DNA of 61,451 bases, the filler included. It is 5 parts of 5 records of this genome, joined end to end, with 100 filler letters (N's around TTAATTAATTAA, not from the genome) between each part and the next. Parts side by side here need not be neighbours in the genome. Positions count along the whole stretch, not along the records: positions 23,667 to 29,167 come from SRR20825010_3350; positions 29,268 to 56,930 come from SRR20825010_3351; 3 more parts are not named here. The stretch is one strand, 5' to 3'. Below are positions 27,044 through 37,303 of the stretch, one piece after another; position 1 is the stretch's first letter, and every line of letters begins with the position of its first letter. The notes under the pieces were generated by a model. It saw only the letters and a list, made by a program, of their open reading frames with translations. It was not told where the DNA came from and searched no databases. A program made the translations under genes and the position numbers.

Positions 27044-28105
27044 ATGTTTGGGTCACATCGCAAGTGGAAAATAAGTATCGGAATAATTATGGTCATTGCC
27101 CTGCTTCTGATCGCTGGGCGCTTGTACTTGCCATACTGGGTAAAGGATTACGTGAATACGCAAATCAGCCTCCTCGATGACTATAGCGGCGGCGTGCAGG
27201 ACATCGACATTAATCTTTGGCGGGGCGCCTATAAGATACAGGCGTTGGAGATTTACAAACAAGAGGGCGGCCTGGACGCTCCTTTTGCGGCTGCCCGGAC
27301 GATAGATTTATCTGTCGAGTGGAAAGCCCTTCTCAACGGTGCGATTGTCGCTGAAATAGATATTTACGATGCTGATCTTAATTTCTCCAAAACGCAGACG
27401 GGTGAAGGGGCGGGCTGGATCGGGCTTGTGGACGCCCTGTCACCGTTCAATATCAACCGGCTGGCGGTGCATAGCGGCAAAATCGCCTATATCGACTATA
27501 CGGCCGATCCCAACATCAATCTCTTTATCAAGGACATCAATGCAACGGCCACCAACTTGCGGAACGTCACGGATAAGGAAAACCCGTTACCGTCCAGCCT
27601 TAAAATCTCCGGAACCTCGATAGGGGGTGGAGAGCTCCTGTTTGAGGGTCGTATGAATATCTTCAGGGATATTCCCGACTTCGATTTCGGGGCGGAGCTA
27701 AGGGATGCAAATCTGACGGCGTTTAACGATTACGGCCGCGCCTATGCCGCTGTCGACTTTGAAGGCGGGACGATTGGCATTTTCAGTGAATTGGCCGCGG
27801 CTGACGGGAATGTGACAGGATATGTAAAACTCGTTGCAACCAACGTAACAGTGGAGGCAATTGAGAAAGAAGAAAATCCGCTGACAATTGTCTGGGAATC
27901 TCTGGTCTCTGCTTTTGTCGAAATCTTCGAAAATCAGCCGAAAGACCAATTCGCGATCCGCATTCCCGTTGAGGGTAAACTTGACGACCCGGAAGAAGAT
28001 CTCTGGTCGGCCTTTATAAGCATATTCTCGAATGCCTTTGGTCAGGCATTTAAGAAGAATGAAGATGGAACAATTAACTTCCAGGACGCTTTGGAGAATA
28101 ACTGA
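27044..28105 (+). CDS. DUF748/AsmA-like protein
   Basis: N-terminal anchor RLYLP, DIDINLWRGAY, LSVEWKALL and NQPKDQFA..IP.EG. Confidence 0.75.
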   Translation: MFGSHRKWKISIGIIMVIALLLIAGRLYLPYWVKDYVNTQISLLDDYSGGVQDIDINLWRGAYKIQALEIYKQEGGLDAPFAAARTIDLSVEWKALLNGAIVAEIDIYDADLNFSKTQTGEGAGWIGLVDALSPFNINRLAVHSGKIAYIDYTADPNINLFIKDINATATNLRNVTDKENPLPSSLKISGTSIGGGELLFEGRMNIFRDIPDFDFGAELRDANLTAFNDYGRAYAAVDFEGGTIGIFSELAAADGNVTGYVKLVATNVTVEAIEKEENPLTIVWESLVSAFVEIFENQPKDQFAIRIPVEGKLDDPEEDLWSAFISIFSNAFGQAFKKNEDGTINFQDALENN

Positions 28106-28144
28106 CGCGGCGTTGTACTCTTGGGAATGCAGGTCATGCTAACT

Positions 28145-28609
28145 CTATAGAAGGGGGACAGTCAGACCGACCTTGGTCCGGTTCATAACGACCGATGTGC
28201 GAAAGCGCTTCACATTGGCGTCATCGAAGAAAAGGCGCTGCGTGAGATTTTCAAAATCCTGAATATCCTTGGCGAGGGCGATCAGGGCGAAATCCGCCTC
28301 CCCCGTAATATAATAGCATTGCTGGACATAGGGCTCCGCCTTGACCTTTCGGCGGAAAGCATCAACCTGATCGATCCGCTCACGTTCAAGCTCAACCATG
28401 ATCAGGAAAGTCATCATAAAGCCCACGGTTTCCGGCGCGACAAGGGCGCTCTCGCCCGTGATGACACCTGACGATTTCAAATGCTTGATCCGCCGCTGGA
28501 TCGTCGCCACGGAGAGCCCTGTCTCAAAGGCCATCGTTTCCAGCTTCTCGCGTGCATTCTCCTGAAGCAATCTCAGAATGACGAAATCATTGTCCGTCAG
28601 CTCAGCCAT
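28145..28609 (-). CDS. Lrp/AsnC family transcriptional regulator
   Basis: ILRLLQENAR, GLS..TIQRRIK.L..SGVI and VQQCYYITGEADF. Confidence 0.92.
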   Translation of the reverse strand: MAELTDNDFVILRLLQENAREKLETMAFETGLSVATIQRRIKHLKSSGVITGESALVAPETVGFMMTFLIMVELERERIDQVDAFRRKVKAEPYVQQCYYITGEADFALIALAKDIQDFENLTQRLFFDDANVKRFRTSVVMNRTKVGLTVPLL

Positions 28610-28745
28610 ACCCATTCCACTTATGTTCCCGCAACGCTGCGGCCGGATCACAAGACGCCCAATTCCATACATTTAAGCGCGGCGAAACCAGCCTATGTTA
28701 AATCTCATGTAAACGTGATCAAACCATATCATAAAAATGGTAATA

Positions 28746-28762
28746 TTGATAAATTATATCAA
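28746..28762. promoter_or_regulatory. Palindromic operator candidate between lrp and ehuA
   Basis: TTGATA-aatta-TATCAA in an AT-rich divergent intergenic region. Confidence 0.3.
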
Positions 28763-29009
28763 ATTACCTTCTATTTTGACGGAATTAATAAATATCTGCG
28801 GATAAGCTATTTATGTCTGGAAGAATAGTTTATCTCTAATGTCGAGGATGGGGGCATCAAGACAGTGATTGCGGCAATCAATTGTCCGAATTTTGAATTT
28901 AAACTCCAAAACCGTCTCTTTCCGGCAAGAATAATACTGAACAAGATCCGAAAAATCCCCAACGATTACACAGAGAAACCTTGATGGCACTAGGCCGGGA
29001 TGCATATCT

Positions 29010-29167
29010 ATGAGCAAAATTATTGAATTCCAGAACGTCTCAAAGGCTTACGGCCAACTACAGGTTCTCAGAAATCTCAATATGCATGTCGAGGCGGGCG
29101 AGAAGCTTGCCCTCATCGGGCCAAGCGGTTCCGGAAAAACCACCATTTTACGCATTCTGATGACGCT
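29010..29167 (+). CDS. ehuA: Polar amino-acid ABC ATPase, ectoine/hydroxyectoine type; 3' truncated
   Basis: [24 protein letters not shown] is typical of EhuA. Confidence 0.65.
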
Positions 29168-29267
29168 NNNNNNNNNNNNNNNNNNNNNNNNNNNNNNNNN
29201 NNNNNNNNNNNTTAATTAATTAANNNNNNNNNNNNNNNNNNNNNNNNNNNNNNNNNNNNNNNNNNNN
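29168..29267. other. Artificial contig spacer
   Basis: N-run with TTAATTAATTAA. Confidence 0.98.
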
Positions 29268-30150
29268 CATCGCCATGGTGTTCCAGTCCTACGCGCTGTA
29301 TCCCACCATGTCGGTGCGCGAGAACATTGCCTTTGGCCTGAAAATCCGCGGTATGCCGAAAGACGAGATCCAGCAGGAGGTAGAGCGGGTGGCTGATTTG
29401 CTGCAGATTTCCGCATTGCTGGACAAGAAACCGGCCCGACTTTCAGGCGGTCAGCAACAGCGAGTCGCCATGGGGCGCGCCCTGGCTCGCAGGCCGAAGA
29501 TCTATCTGTTCGACGAGCCGCTGTCCAACCTGGACGCCAAGCTGCGGGTGGAAATGCGCACCGAAATCAAGAAGCTGCACCAGCGCCTGAAAACCACCAT
29601 TGTGTACGTGACCCACGACCAGATCGAAGCCATGACGCTGGCGGACCGGATCGCGGTGCTCAAAGACGGCGAACTGCAGCAACTGGGCACGCCGAAGGAA
29701 GTGTACGACACGCCGGAGAACCTGTTTGTGGCGGGCTTTATGGGCTCGCCGTCCATGAGTTTTATCAATGTGACGGTAGAGCAGTCTGGATCAGGCCTGG
29801 TGGTCAACGTTGAGGGCAGCGATGGCCGGAAACTTGCCCTGCCAGTGCCGGATTACCTGCAGGGCTGGGCCGGTAAACAGGTGGTACTCGGCATCCGGCC
29901 GGAGCACATAAGCCAGCCAGATGAACAGAAAAGGGATAGCCAGATGGTGGCCGAGAGCCGGTTTACGGTGGAGGTGACTGAACCCACCGGGCCGGACATC
30001 CTCGCCGTGATTCGCCTCAACAATGTTGATGTGCAGTGCCGGCTGGATGCGGAACACCCGGTGAACTGGGGGGAAGAGGCGGAACTGATGTTCGACATGA
30101 GAAAGGTCGTGTTCTTCGACCCGGACAGCGAGAAGCGCATCCGCCCATAG
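29268..30150 (+). CDS. Sugar ABC transporter ATPase (MalK/UgpC family); 5' truncated
   Basis: [37 protein letters not shown] and [11 protein letters not shown]. Confidence 0.92.
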
Positions 30151-30172
30151 TCGCGCCAGCCCCTCTCCGTTT

Positions 30173-31705
30173 TCAGAGTTGCTCCAGGTGTGCCAGCAAG
30201 TTGTCGGCACGCTGGAGCAGCGCCTCCCGCCTTTCTGGTTTCTGCTTGTCCCAGTTACGGTACATCATGCCCATGCGCGGATTGCTGGCAAAGTCGTCCC
30301 GATGGCGATTGATGAAATGCCAATAGAGCGCATTGAACGGGCAGGCGTCGTCTTCCGTGGCCTTGTTGACCTTGTAGTGGCAGTTGCTGCAATGGTCCGA
30401 CATGCGCTGGATGTATTTGCCGCTGGCGGCATAGGGTTTTGATCCCAGATAGCCACCGTCTGCGTGCATCACCATGCCCAGCACGTTGGGTAGCTCCACC
30501 CAGTCGTAGGCATCGGCATACACGGCCAGGTACCAGTCACAGATCTCCTCCGGCTTGACGCCGGCCAGCAGCGCAAAATTACCGGTCACCATCAGCCGCT
30601 GGATATGGTGTGCATAGGCGTTGCGACGGGTGGCATCAATGGCCTTGTGCATGCAGCGCATCCTGGTGTCCCCGGTCCAGTAGAACCAGGGTAGGGAACG
30701 GGTATTACCGAGCCGGTTTTCCTGTGCGTATCCTGGCATATGCAACCAGTAGATACCCCGCACAAACTCACGCCAGCCCAGGATCTGGCGGATAAAGCCC
30801 TCCACTGCGTTAATCGGCGCACGCCCCGAATACCAGGCCTGTGCGGCGGCCTCGCAGACGGCGAGTGGGTCCAGCAAGCCGCAATTGATGTAGGGCGACA
30901 GGATGGAGTGGAACAGCCAGTCTTCATTGTCGGACATGGCATCCTGAAAGTTGCCGAAACAGGGCAGGGCGAAATCGATGAAGTACTCCAATGCCTGCTC
31001 TGCGTCCTCGTGGGTGACGGCAAAGTGAAAATCCTCCGTGGTGCCGAAGTGTTCGGTAAAGTGTTGCTCTACCAGCTCAATCACCTCCCGAGTCACCTTG
31101 TCGGGCTCAACGCGGTAGGGAGCCGGAGCCGCCGGTTTTCCCGTCCACTTGCGGCGGTTGTCGGCGTCGAAATTCCATTCGCCGCCCTCAGGCTTGCCAT
31201 CTGGCGTCATCAACAAACCGGTTTTTCGTCGCATTTCCCGGTAGAAGAATTCCATGCGCAGCTGTTTACGCCCCTCTGCCCAGTCCGAAAACGCCTGCTT
31301 GCTGGCGATAAAACGCGTATCCGGACGGATCTCGACCGGCACGCCCAGGCGCTCATGCCAATGGCTAACTTGCTCGTGCAATCGCCACTCGCCGCACTCT
31401 GTCGTGATCACCCTGTCAGCGCCGGTTTCTTTGAGCTGATTGGCGATGACAGACTCGAGATTTCGGGTTTCGTTATCGGGGTGGTACGTCTGGTAGTGAA
31501 CCTGCCAGCCGTCACCCTCCAGCCGCTGTGCGAAATGGCGCATGGCGCTGAACAGCAGAACCAGTTTCTTCTTGTGGTGATTGGTGTAGCTGGCCTCGTC
31601 GTGGACCTCTGCCATCACGATTCTGTCTCGTTTCCTGTCAGCGTTGTCGAGTGCGCTGATGGCGGTGGTCAGCTGGTCGCCGAGTATCAGAATCAGATTG
31701 GACAT
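30173..31705 (-). CDS. Fe-S cluster cryptochrome/(6-4) photolyase (PhrB/CryB family)
   Basis: ILGDQL, HKKKL..SAMRHFA, RMEFFYR, YAHHIQRLM, and four Cys (MRCM, HCSNC, ACPF). Confidence 0.92.
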   Translation of the reverse strand: MSNLILILGDQLTTAISALDNADRKRDRIVMAEVHDEASYTNHHKKKLVLLFSAMRHFAQRLEGDGWQVHYQTYHPDNETRNLESVIANQLKETGADRVITTECGEWRLHEQVSHWHERLGVPVEIRPDTRFIASKQAFSDWAEGRKQLRMEFFYREMRRKTGLLMTPDGKPEGGEWNFDADNRRKWTGKPAAPAPYRVEPDKVTREVIELVEQHFTEHFGTTEDFHFAVTHEDAEQALEYFIDFALPCFGNFQDAMSDNEDWLFHSILSPYINCGLLDPLAVCEAAAQAWYSGRAPINAVEGFIRQILGWREFVRGIYWLHMPGYAQENRLGNTRSLPWFYWTGDTRMRCMHKAIDATRRNAYAHHIQRLMVTGNFALLAGVKPEEICDWYLAVYADAYDWVELPNVLGMVMHADGGYLGSKPYAASGKYIQRMSDHCSNCHYKVNKATEDDACPFNALYWHFINRHRDDFASNPRMGMMYRNWDKQKPERREALLQRADNLLAHLEQL

Positions 31706-31771
31706 AGCGGGAAACGACCTCCGTACCTGGGGTGGCAATCACCCATGATCGCCACGATGTGGTACGAAGGA

Positions 31772-31797
31772 TACGCCAGCGGCGCAAGGCTGGTTCA
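31772..31797 (-). promoter_or_regulatory. Possible RpoE/ChrR (singlet-oxygen) ECF promoter for the photolyase
   Basis: TGAACC-N16-CGTA on the minus strand, about 67 bp upstream of the ATG. Confidence 0.4.
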
Positions 31798-31805
31798 GCT
31801 GGAAG

Positions 31806-32798
31806 CTAGCCGCCGGTCATATTCATAAACCGAAGAATCTGAACGTCACCCTCGCTGGAAAAGTGATGGCGCTCCGGTTTCAGGTCCATGGCGTTGATGA
31901 TGGTTTCACGGAGTTTGTCATCGGTTTCCGGGTGGCCGCGCAGCACGCGGCGCAGATCAACGGAATGCTCATTGCCCAGGCATAGCAGCAGGCGGCCTTC
32001 CACCGTGACCCGAACGCGGTTGCAGGTGGAGCAGAAATTGTGGGAATGGGGCGAGATGAAACCGACCCGAACGTCGCTGTCCGGCATGCGGTAGTAGCGG
32101 GCGGGGCCGCCGGAATCTTCCGGTGTGGGAACAAGCTCATGGCGCTGGCTGATGATATCGCGCACTTCGTCGCTGGTGCACAGCACCTGACCGCGATCAT
32201 GATCGGAAATTTCACCCAGTGGCATTTCCTCAATGAAGGTAATATCCACCTTCTTTTTACGGGCAAACTCAACCAGCTCTGGTACTTCCTGGTCGTTGCC
32301 ACCTTTCATGACAACGGTATTGAGTTTGATGCCCTCAAACCCCGCCTCTTTTGCGGCGTCTATACCATCAAGAACCTGGGCAAGCCGGCCAGTGCGGGTG
32401 ATGCGGCTGAACTTCTCGGCATCCAGGGAATCCAGGCTGATATTCAATCGTTTGAGCCCAGCCTTGCGCAGTGGCTCTGCCATGGTGGGCAACTGGCTGC
32501 CATTGGTGGTCATGGCGAAGTCCCGCAGGCCAAATGTGCCGATTTCCTTGACCAGTTCCAGAATGCCCCGTCTGACAAGCGGCTCTCCCCCGGTCAACCG
32601 AATCTTTTCGGTGCCCAGGGATACGAAGGTCTTTGCCACCTGGGCAATCTCTTCAAGTGTCAGCACCTGCTGCCGTGGCAGGAAGGTCATCTCCTCGGCC
32701 ATGCAGTACACGCACCGGAAATCGCAGCGGTCTGTGACGGACAGACGCACATAGTTGACGGTGCGACCAAAACGGTCTGTCAGCGTGGCGTTGGGCAT
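31806..32798 (-). CDS. moaA: GTP 3',8-cyclase
   Basis: [26 protein letters not shown] and a C-terminal GG. Confidence 0.96.
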   Translation of the reverse strand: MPNATLTDRFGRTVNYVRLSVTDRCDFRCVYCMAEEMTFLPRQQVLTLEEIAQVAKTFVSLGTEKIRLTGGEPLVRRGILELVKEIGTFGLRDFAMTTNGSQLPTMAEPLRKAGLKRLNISLDSLDAEKFSRITRTGRLAQVLDGIDAAKEAGFEGIKLNTVVMKGGNDQEVPELVEFARKKKVDITFIEEMPLGEISDHDRGQVLCTSDEVRDIISQRHELVPTPEDSGGPARYYRMPDSDVRVGFISPHSHNFCSTCNRVRVTVEGRLLLCLGNEHSVDLRRVLRGHPETDDKLRETIINAMDLKPERHHFSSEGDVQILRFMNMTGG

Positions 32799-32819
32799 GG
32801 GTAAATTCCCCGTCTGGCT

Positions 32820-32836
32820 TTGTATACAACAAGCAT
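32820..32836. promoter_or_regulatory. Possible NsrR operator upstream of moaA
   Basis: TTGTAT-acaac-AAGCAT, two mismatches to ATGYAT-N5-ATRCAT. Confidence 0.35.
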
Positions 32837-32983
32837 AACCAATGTGTGGCGAATAACCCAACCCAATATCGACAAAAGAACCATTCGGGCGTAAGAACCG
32901 GTTTCATGAATTCTGCGTATACAAGTATCGGTTTGGCCACTTTCGGTGTGAACCTGATATCGATGACTTGTTGGAGTTGATGA

Positions 32984-33421
32984 ATGCATATCACCCGTTA
33001 CACCGATTACTCCCTGCGTGTTCTGATTTACCTGGCGGTGCAGGGTGATGAGCTGGCGACCATTCAGCAGATCGCCGACAGCTATGAGATCTCCAAGAAT
33101 CACCTGATGAAAGTCGTTCATCAACTCAACAAGAAGGGCTACATCGAAACCGTTCGTGGCAAGAAAGGAGGGATGCGCCTGCACATGGCGCCGGAGGACA
33201 TTAACGTTGGCATCCTGGTCAGGGAAACCGAACAGGATCTCAGTGTTGTGGAGTGCTTTTCCTCCAGGAATGCCTGCCGCATCACGCCGGTCTGTGGGTT
33301 GAAATCAATGTTCGGCGAGGCCTTGGCGGCATTCCTGGAAGTGCTGGACCGATACACGCTGGCCGATATTATTAACGACCAGCATCGCCCTCAGTTATTA
33401 CGACTTTTGCAGATCGCTTAA
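32984..33421 (+). CDS. nsrR: Rrf2 family NO-sensing repressor
   Basis: YTDYSLRVLIYLA, ISKNHLMKVV, RGKKGG, and three Cys (ECF..C.I...C). Confidence 0.85.
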   Translation: MHITRYTDYSLRVLIYLAVQGDELATIQQIADSYEISKNHLMKVVHQLNKKGYIETVRGKKGGMRLHMAPEDINVGILVRETEQDLSVVECFSSRNACRITPVCGLKSMFGEALAAFLEVLDRYTLADIINDQHRPQLLRLLQIA

Positions 33422-34512
33422 CTCAAGGCCCGGTTGCTGAATTCCGGTAGCAGCCGGTTGCGCATCCGGTCCGGCAGTGAATAGCCGAAAATGCGTTTCA
33501 GCACGGTTGAATACTGTTTGGCGAAGGTGCCGGTGTTGTACGGAATACCGTGCTTTTTACACACCGCTTGAACTTTCTCCGACATTTCGGGGTAGCGGTG
33601 GGCTGGCAGGTCCGGGAACACATGGTGTTCAATCTGGTAGCTCAGATGGCCGCTCAGCAGGTGCACCCACTTACCGCCGGTAAAGTTGCTGGAGCCTGTC
33701 AGTTGGCGCAGATACCAGTGGCCCTTGCTCTCACCTTCGCATTCCTCCTCGGTAAACGTCTCCGCATCCTGGGTAAAGTGGCCACAGAAAATGACCGTGG
33801 ACGACCACAGGTTACGGATCAGGTTGGCGCCAATGTTGCCCGCCAGTACCACAGGAGCCACCGGAAAGGTGATCAGCGGGAAGAACACATAGTCCTTGAA
33901 GGCCTGACGGCCGCCCTTGCGGAAGAAGTCCTTCAGGAACGGAATCTTTTCCCGTACCGAGATTTCCCGGCGGCGGATCCGTTCAGACTCCAGCTCATGC
34001 AACCCAACGCCCCACTGGAAGAACACGCTCAGCAGGATATAGTTGATGAACTGCAAGCTATGGGCCGGCTTCCATTTGTCGTCGTCGCTCAGGCGCAGCA
34101 GGGCATAGCCATAGTCCCGGTCCTTGCCGATGATATTGGTGTAGGTGTGGTGCTCGTAGTTGTGGGTGCGGCGCCAGGAATCGCCAGTGCACACCGTATC
34201 CCATTCATAGGTCTGGGAGTGCAGCGATGGGTCGTTCATCCAGTCGTACTGGCCGTGCATGACGTTGTGGCCGATCTCCATGTTTTCGATAATCTTGGAG
34301 ATACCCAGCGCCGTGGTGGCGGCGAGGAACACGGGCGGGATAAACCCGAAGGGCATCAGCACCCGGCCGCCGATTTCCAGGGATCGGTGGAGCCGAACGA
34401 TCCTGCGGATGTAACGTGCATCCCGTTCGCCAAGATCGGAAATCACCTGGTCACGAATGGCGTCCAGGTCGTTTTCAAGCTCTTTCAGTTGTGTTTCGTT
34501 CATCGTCTTCAT
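33418..34512 (-). CDS. Acyl-CoA fatty acid desaturase (DesB/DesA3-like)
   Basis: His boxes HNVMH, HNYEHH and QIEHH. Confidence 0.92.
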   Translation of the reverse strand: MKTMNETQLKELENDLDAIRDQVISDLGERDARYIRRIVRLHRSLEIGGRVLMPFGFIPPVFLAATTALGISKIIENMEIGHNVMHGQYDWMNDPSLHSQTYEWDTVCTGDSWRRTHNYEHHTYTNIIGKDRDYGYALLRLSDDDKWKPAHSLQFINYILLSVFFQWGVGLHELESERIRRREISVREKIPFLKDFFRKGGRQAFKDYVFFPLITFPVAPVVLAGNIGANLIRNLWSSTVIFCGHFTQDAETFTEEECEGESKGHWYLRQLTGSSNFTGGKWVHLLSGHLSYQIEHHVFPDLPAHRYPEMSEKVQAVCKKHGIPYNTGTFAKQYSTVLKRIFGYSLPDRMRNRLLPEFSNRALS

Positions 34513-34580
34513 GGTGACTCCTTGCAGAATGGTCGAACCATGTCTGCCAATAATGGGTTCAGGCGTTGTGGTGCGGCCGG

Positions 34581-35684
34581 TCAGAGTTCAACAGACACCG
34601 GCCCGCTCGGAACAGACACACAAAGCTGAATGGTTTCCTCGCCCGGGCCGGAGGCTTTCCCGGTCAGGCGGTTGATCACAGTGCCGCTGGTCTTGCGGCA
34701 ACTGCACTGGTGACAGATGCCCATGCGGCAGCCGTAGCGTGGCGACAGTTTCGCGGCCTCGGCAATGTCCAGCAGCACCGCATCGCCTTCGGACGAGACA
34801 TCCAGGTTGCTGCGTTGGAAATGCACCGCTCCTCCGAGGGACTCGGTGTCGAGATTTGCGGTCGGCGCGGAGAAGAAGGTGCTGTGAATGCGGTCTTCGC
34901 CAATCCCCCGCCGATACAGGAGATCGTTGGCCAGATCCATGAGCCCTTTCGGCCCGCAGAGGTAGCACCGCCGGGCCGCAATGCCGGGAACCTCATCCAG
35001 ATGTTGCTCGCTGAGGAACTGGGGCGGGTGGGTGTCGCTGGTGGCAAACACCTTCAGGGTGAAGGCCGGCCAGCGACTGGCCAGCGCGTGCAGCTTTTCC
35101 GCAGCAATCACATCGGCCTGGGTGCGCACGAAATACAGCAGGGTCACCGGCGCCCGATAGTCTGATGCCGCCATGGTTTCCAGTTGGCTCAGCACTGGGG
35201 TGATGCCGCTGCCACCGACGATGTATAGGGCTGGCTCCTGCGGATCGGGAATCTGGAAGTCGCCGAACGCCTCGCCCAGCCCGATGACCGCGCCTGGCTC
35301 CAGGTGGTCGTGCATCCAGTTGGTCACCAGGCCACCGGGAAGCCGTTTGATGGTCAGGGTGACGGTGCCGTCTGCGCGCCATTGAATGGGCGAACTGGAC
35401 AGGCTGAAGGTTCGGTTGCGACGCACGCCGTCAACATCGATGCCAATATTGACGTGCTGGCCGGCGGCAAAGCCTTTCCAGCGCCCGGCCGGCGCCAGGA
35501 CAAAGGTTTTGGTGTCGGCGGTTTCGTTGTAGATGGCCTTCACCCTGGCCGGCGTGTATTGCCGTACCCACATGGGGTTGATGCGCTCCAGCAGGGGATC
35601 AAAAAAGGCAGCCGGGTCGTCCCGGTTAAAAAGCTGCCTGCCCAGCCAGTGCAGGGTCGGTGACTTTTCCAGTACAGATATCAT
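34581..35684 (-). CDS. Ferredoxin reductase partner of the desaturase (FAD/NAD plus 2Fe-2S; DesC-like)
   Basis: RTFSLSS, GGSGITP, CGP and GCRMGICHQC..C. ATG 35684 follows an AGGAG RBS. Confidence 0.9.
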   Translation of the reverse strand: MISVLEKSPTLHWLGRQLFNRDDPAAFFDPLLERINPMWVRQYTPARVKAIYNETADTKTFVLAPAGRWKGFAAGQHVNIGIDVDGVRRNRTFSLSSSPIQWRADGTVTLTIKRLPGGLVTNWMHDHLEPGAVIGLGEAFGDFQIPDPQEPALYIVGGSGITPVLSQLETMAASDYRAPVTLLYFVRTQADVIAAEKLHALASRWPAFTLKVFATSDTHPPQFLSEQHLDEVPGIAARRCYLCGPKGLMDLANDLLYRRGIGEDRIHSTFFSAPTANLDTESLGGAVHFQRSNLDVSSEGDAVLLDIAEAAKLSPRYGCRMGICHQCSCRKTSGTVINRLTGKASGPGEETIQLCVSVPSGPVSVEL

Positions 35685-35705
35685 GATTGCTCTCCTTTGT
35701 ACTGA

Positions 35706-35836
35706 TGTGTACAAGTGTTCACTAATGTGTACGACTGTACACACCGAAGTGTTAGGCGGCAATCAAGCCACTAACATTGTCCTATAATGACAAGTTTGGG
35801 TTATTTTTAGTGTGGGCCTGTGTACACTTGTTGGCT
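35706..35836. promoter_or_regulatory. Three FabR/DesT-type 18-bp operators
   Basis: TGTGTACAAGTGTTCACT (35706-23), TGTGTACGACTGTACACA (35726-43) and TGTGTACACTTGTTGGCT (35819-36). Confidence 0.75.
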
Positions 35837-35866
35837 TGTGATCAACCGATGAGCTAGTTCCAGGCG

Positions 35867-36493
35867 ATGGCAGAAAAACAACGACGTAAGCCGGGTGAAA
35901 CCCGCGAGAAACTGATGAACGCCGCATTGGCCTTGGTGGGAAAGGGGCGGCACTTTGCCAGCCTGGGCATCCGCGAAGTCACCCGACAGGCAGGCGTGGT
36001 GCCGACGTCTTTTTACCGGCACTTCCGCAACATGGATGACCTTGGGCTGCAGTTGGTGGACGAATTGGGGCTGGTGCTTCGACGGATGATGCGCGAGGCG
36101 CGGGCGAACGTATTGCAGGCGGACAAACTGATCGACGAATCAGTTGGTATTTTTATCTCCCATGCCCGCAATAATCGCAGCTTTTTCATGTTTATGGCCC
36201 AGGGGCTGGCGGGGGAGAGCCGGGCGGTACAGGAAGGCATCCGCAGCGAAATGCGTTATTTTGCCAGCGAACTGGCCAATGATCTTCGGCGTCTGAAAGT
36301 GGCGGATCACCTGAGCGATGCCGATCTGGATATGACCTGCGACCTGGTGGTGCGCAGTGTGGCTTTCAGCCTGACGGACATCCTGGGGATCTCTCCCGAC
36401 GACGACTATCAGGAAGAACAGGTGCGGCAGCGAACCGCACGCTTTCTACAGCTGATATTTGTGGGCGCAGCCAACTGGAAGAGTCGCCCATGA
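35867..36493 (+). CDS. TetR family regulator, FabR/DesT type
   Basis: SLGIREVTRQAGVVPTSFYRHFRNMDDLGL. It is divergent from the desaturase operon. Confidence 0.88.
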   Translation: MAEKQRRKPGETREKLMNAALALVGKGRHFASLGIREVTRQAGVVPTSFYRHFRNMDDLGLQLVDELGLVLRRMMREARANVLQADKLIDESVGIFISHARNNRSFFMFMAQGLAGESRAVQEGIRSEMRYFASELANDLRRLKVADHLSDADLDMTCDLVVRSVAFSLTDILGISPDDDYQEEQVRQRTARFLQLIFVGAANWKSRP

Positions 36494-36503
36494 AGGTCAA
36501 CTC

Positions 36504-37274
36504 TTATTCCCGGAAACTGGCGTCGATGCGGTCGAGCTTGCGAAGCAGGCCCGGCCAGGCCAGCTTGCCGCCCAGGCCTTTGGTCACCTGATCCGCCTGT
36601 TGCCGGATGGTATCCACAATGCCGGCAGGAATTGGCGTCAGTGGGCGATCGCCCGACAGTGCCCTGATCTGAATCTGACAGGACGTTTGCAGTATGTACA
36701 TGGCCAGGAAGGCATCGGGAATACTGGAGCCGGTGGTCAGCAGGCCGTGGTTGCGAAGAATCATGAAATTGGTATTACCGAGATCCTTTTGCAGGCGGGC
36801 CTTCTCGTCTTCCCTTAGCGCCACACCTTCATAGTCGTGATACGACAGGCTCGCCAGTGCAAACAGGCTCTGCTGGGATAGCGGCAGCAGGCCCTCCTGT
36901 TGGGCGGATACAGCAATACCGTCGGTGGTGTGCAAATGCATGACGCAGGCGGCATCGTCCCTGACCTGGTGGATGGCGCTATGGATGGTAAAACCCGCGG
37001 GATTGATATCGAAGTCGTCGGGGTTGATCTTGTTGGCGTCCTGATCCACTCGCACCAGGCTGGAGGCTGTAATTTCCTCGAACATCATACCGTATGGATT
37101 AATAAGAAAGTGGTGCTCGTCACCGGGTATCCGTGCGGAGATATGGGTGAATACCAGATCGTCCCAGCCGTACAGGGCGACCAGACGATAGGCCGCGGCG
37201 AGATCGACCCGGAGTTGCCATTCTTCCTTGCTGACCTGATCTCTTTTTGACGGAATTGAAAGTTGTTCGGACAT
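36504..37274 (-). CDS. Class II aldolase/adducin family protein
   Basis: LRVDLAAAYR, THISAR, IHSAIH, HLH and LRNHG. Confidence 0.92.
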   Translation of the reverse strand: MSEQLSIPSKRDQVSKEEWQLRVDLAAAYRLVALYGWDDLVFTHISARIPGDEHHFLINPYGMMFEEITASSLVRVDQDANKINPDDFDINPAGFTIHSAIHQVRDDAACVMHLHTTDGIAVSAQQEGLLPLSQQSLFALASLSYHDYEGVALREDEKARLQKDLGNTNFMILRNHGLLTTGSSIPDAFLAMYILQTSCQIQIRALSGDRPLTPIPAGIVDTIRQQADQVTKGLGGKLAWPGLLRKLDRIDASFRE

Positions 37275-37303
37275 GGCATTGGCTCCCGTTCTCAGGTGTT
37301 GCG

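Noticed and set aside
29268-30150. MalK-type ATPase as the partner of the MalE at 50084
   Set aside because: It is 20 kb away and is the last gene of a separate, truncated sugar operon, so the link cannot be supported.
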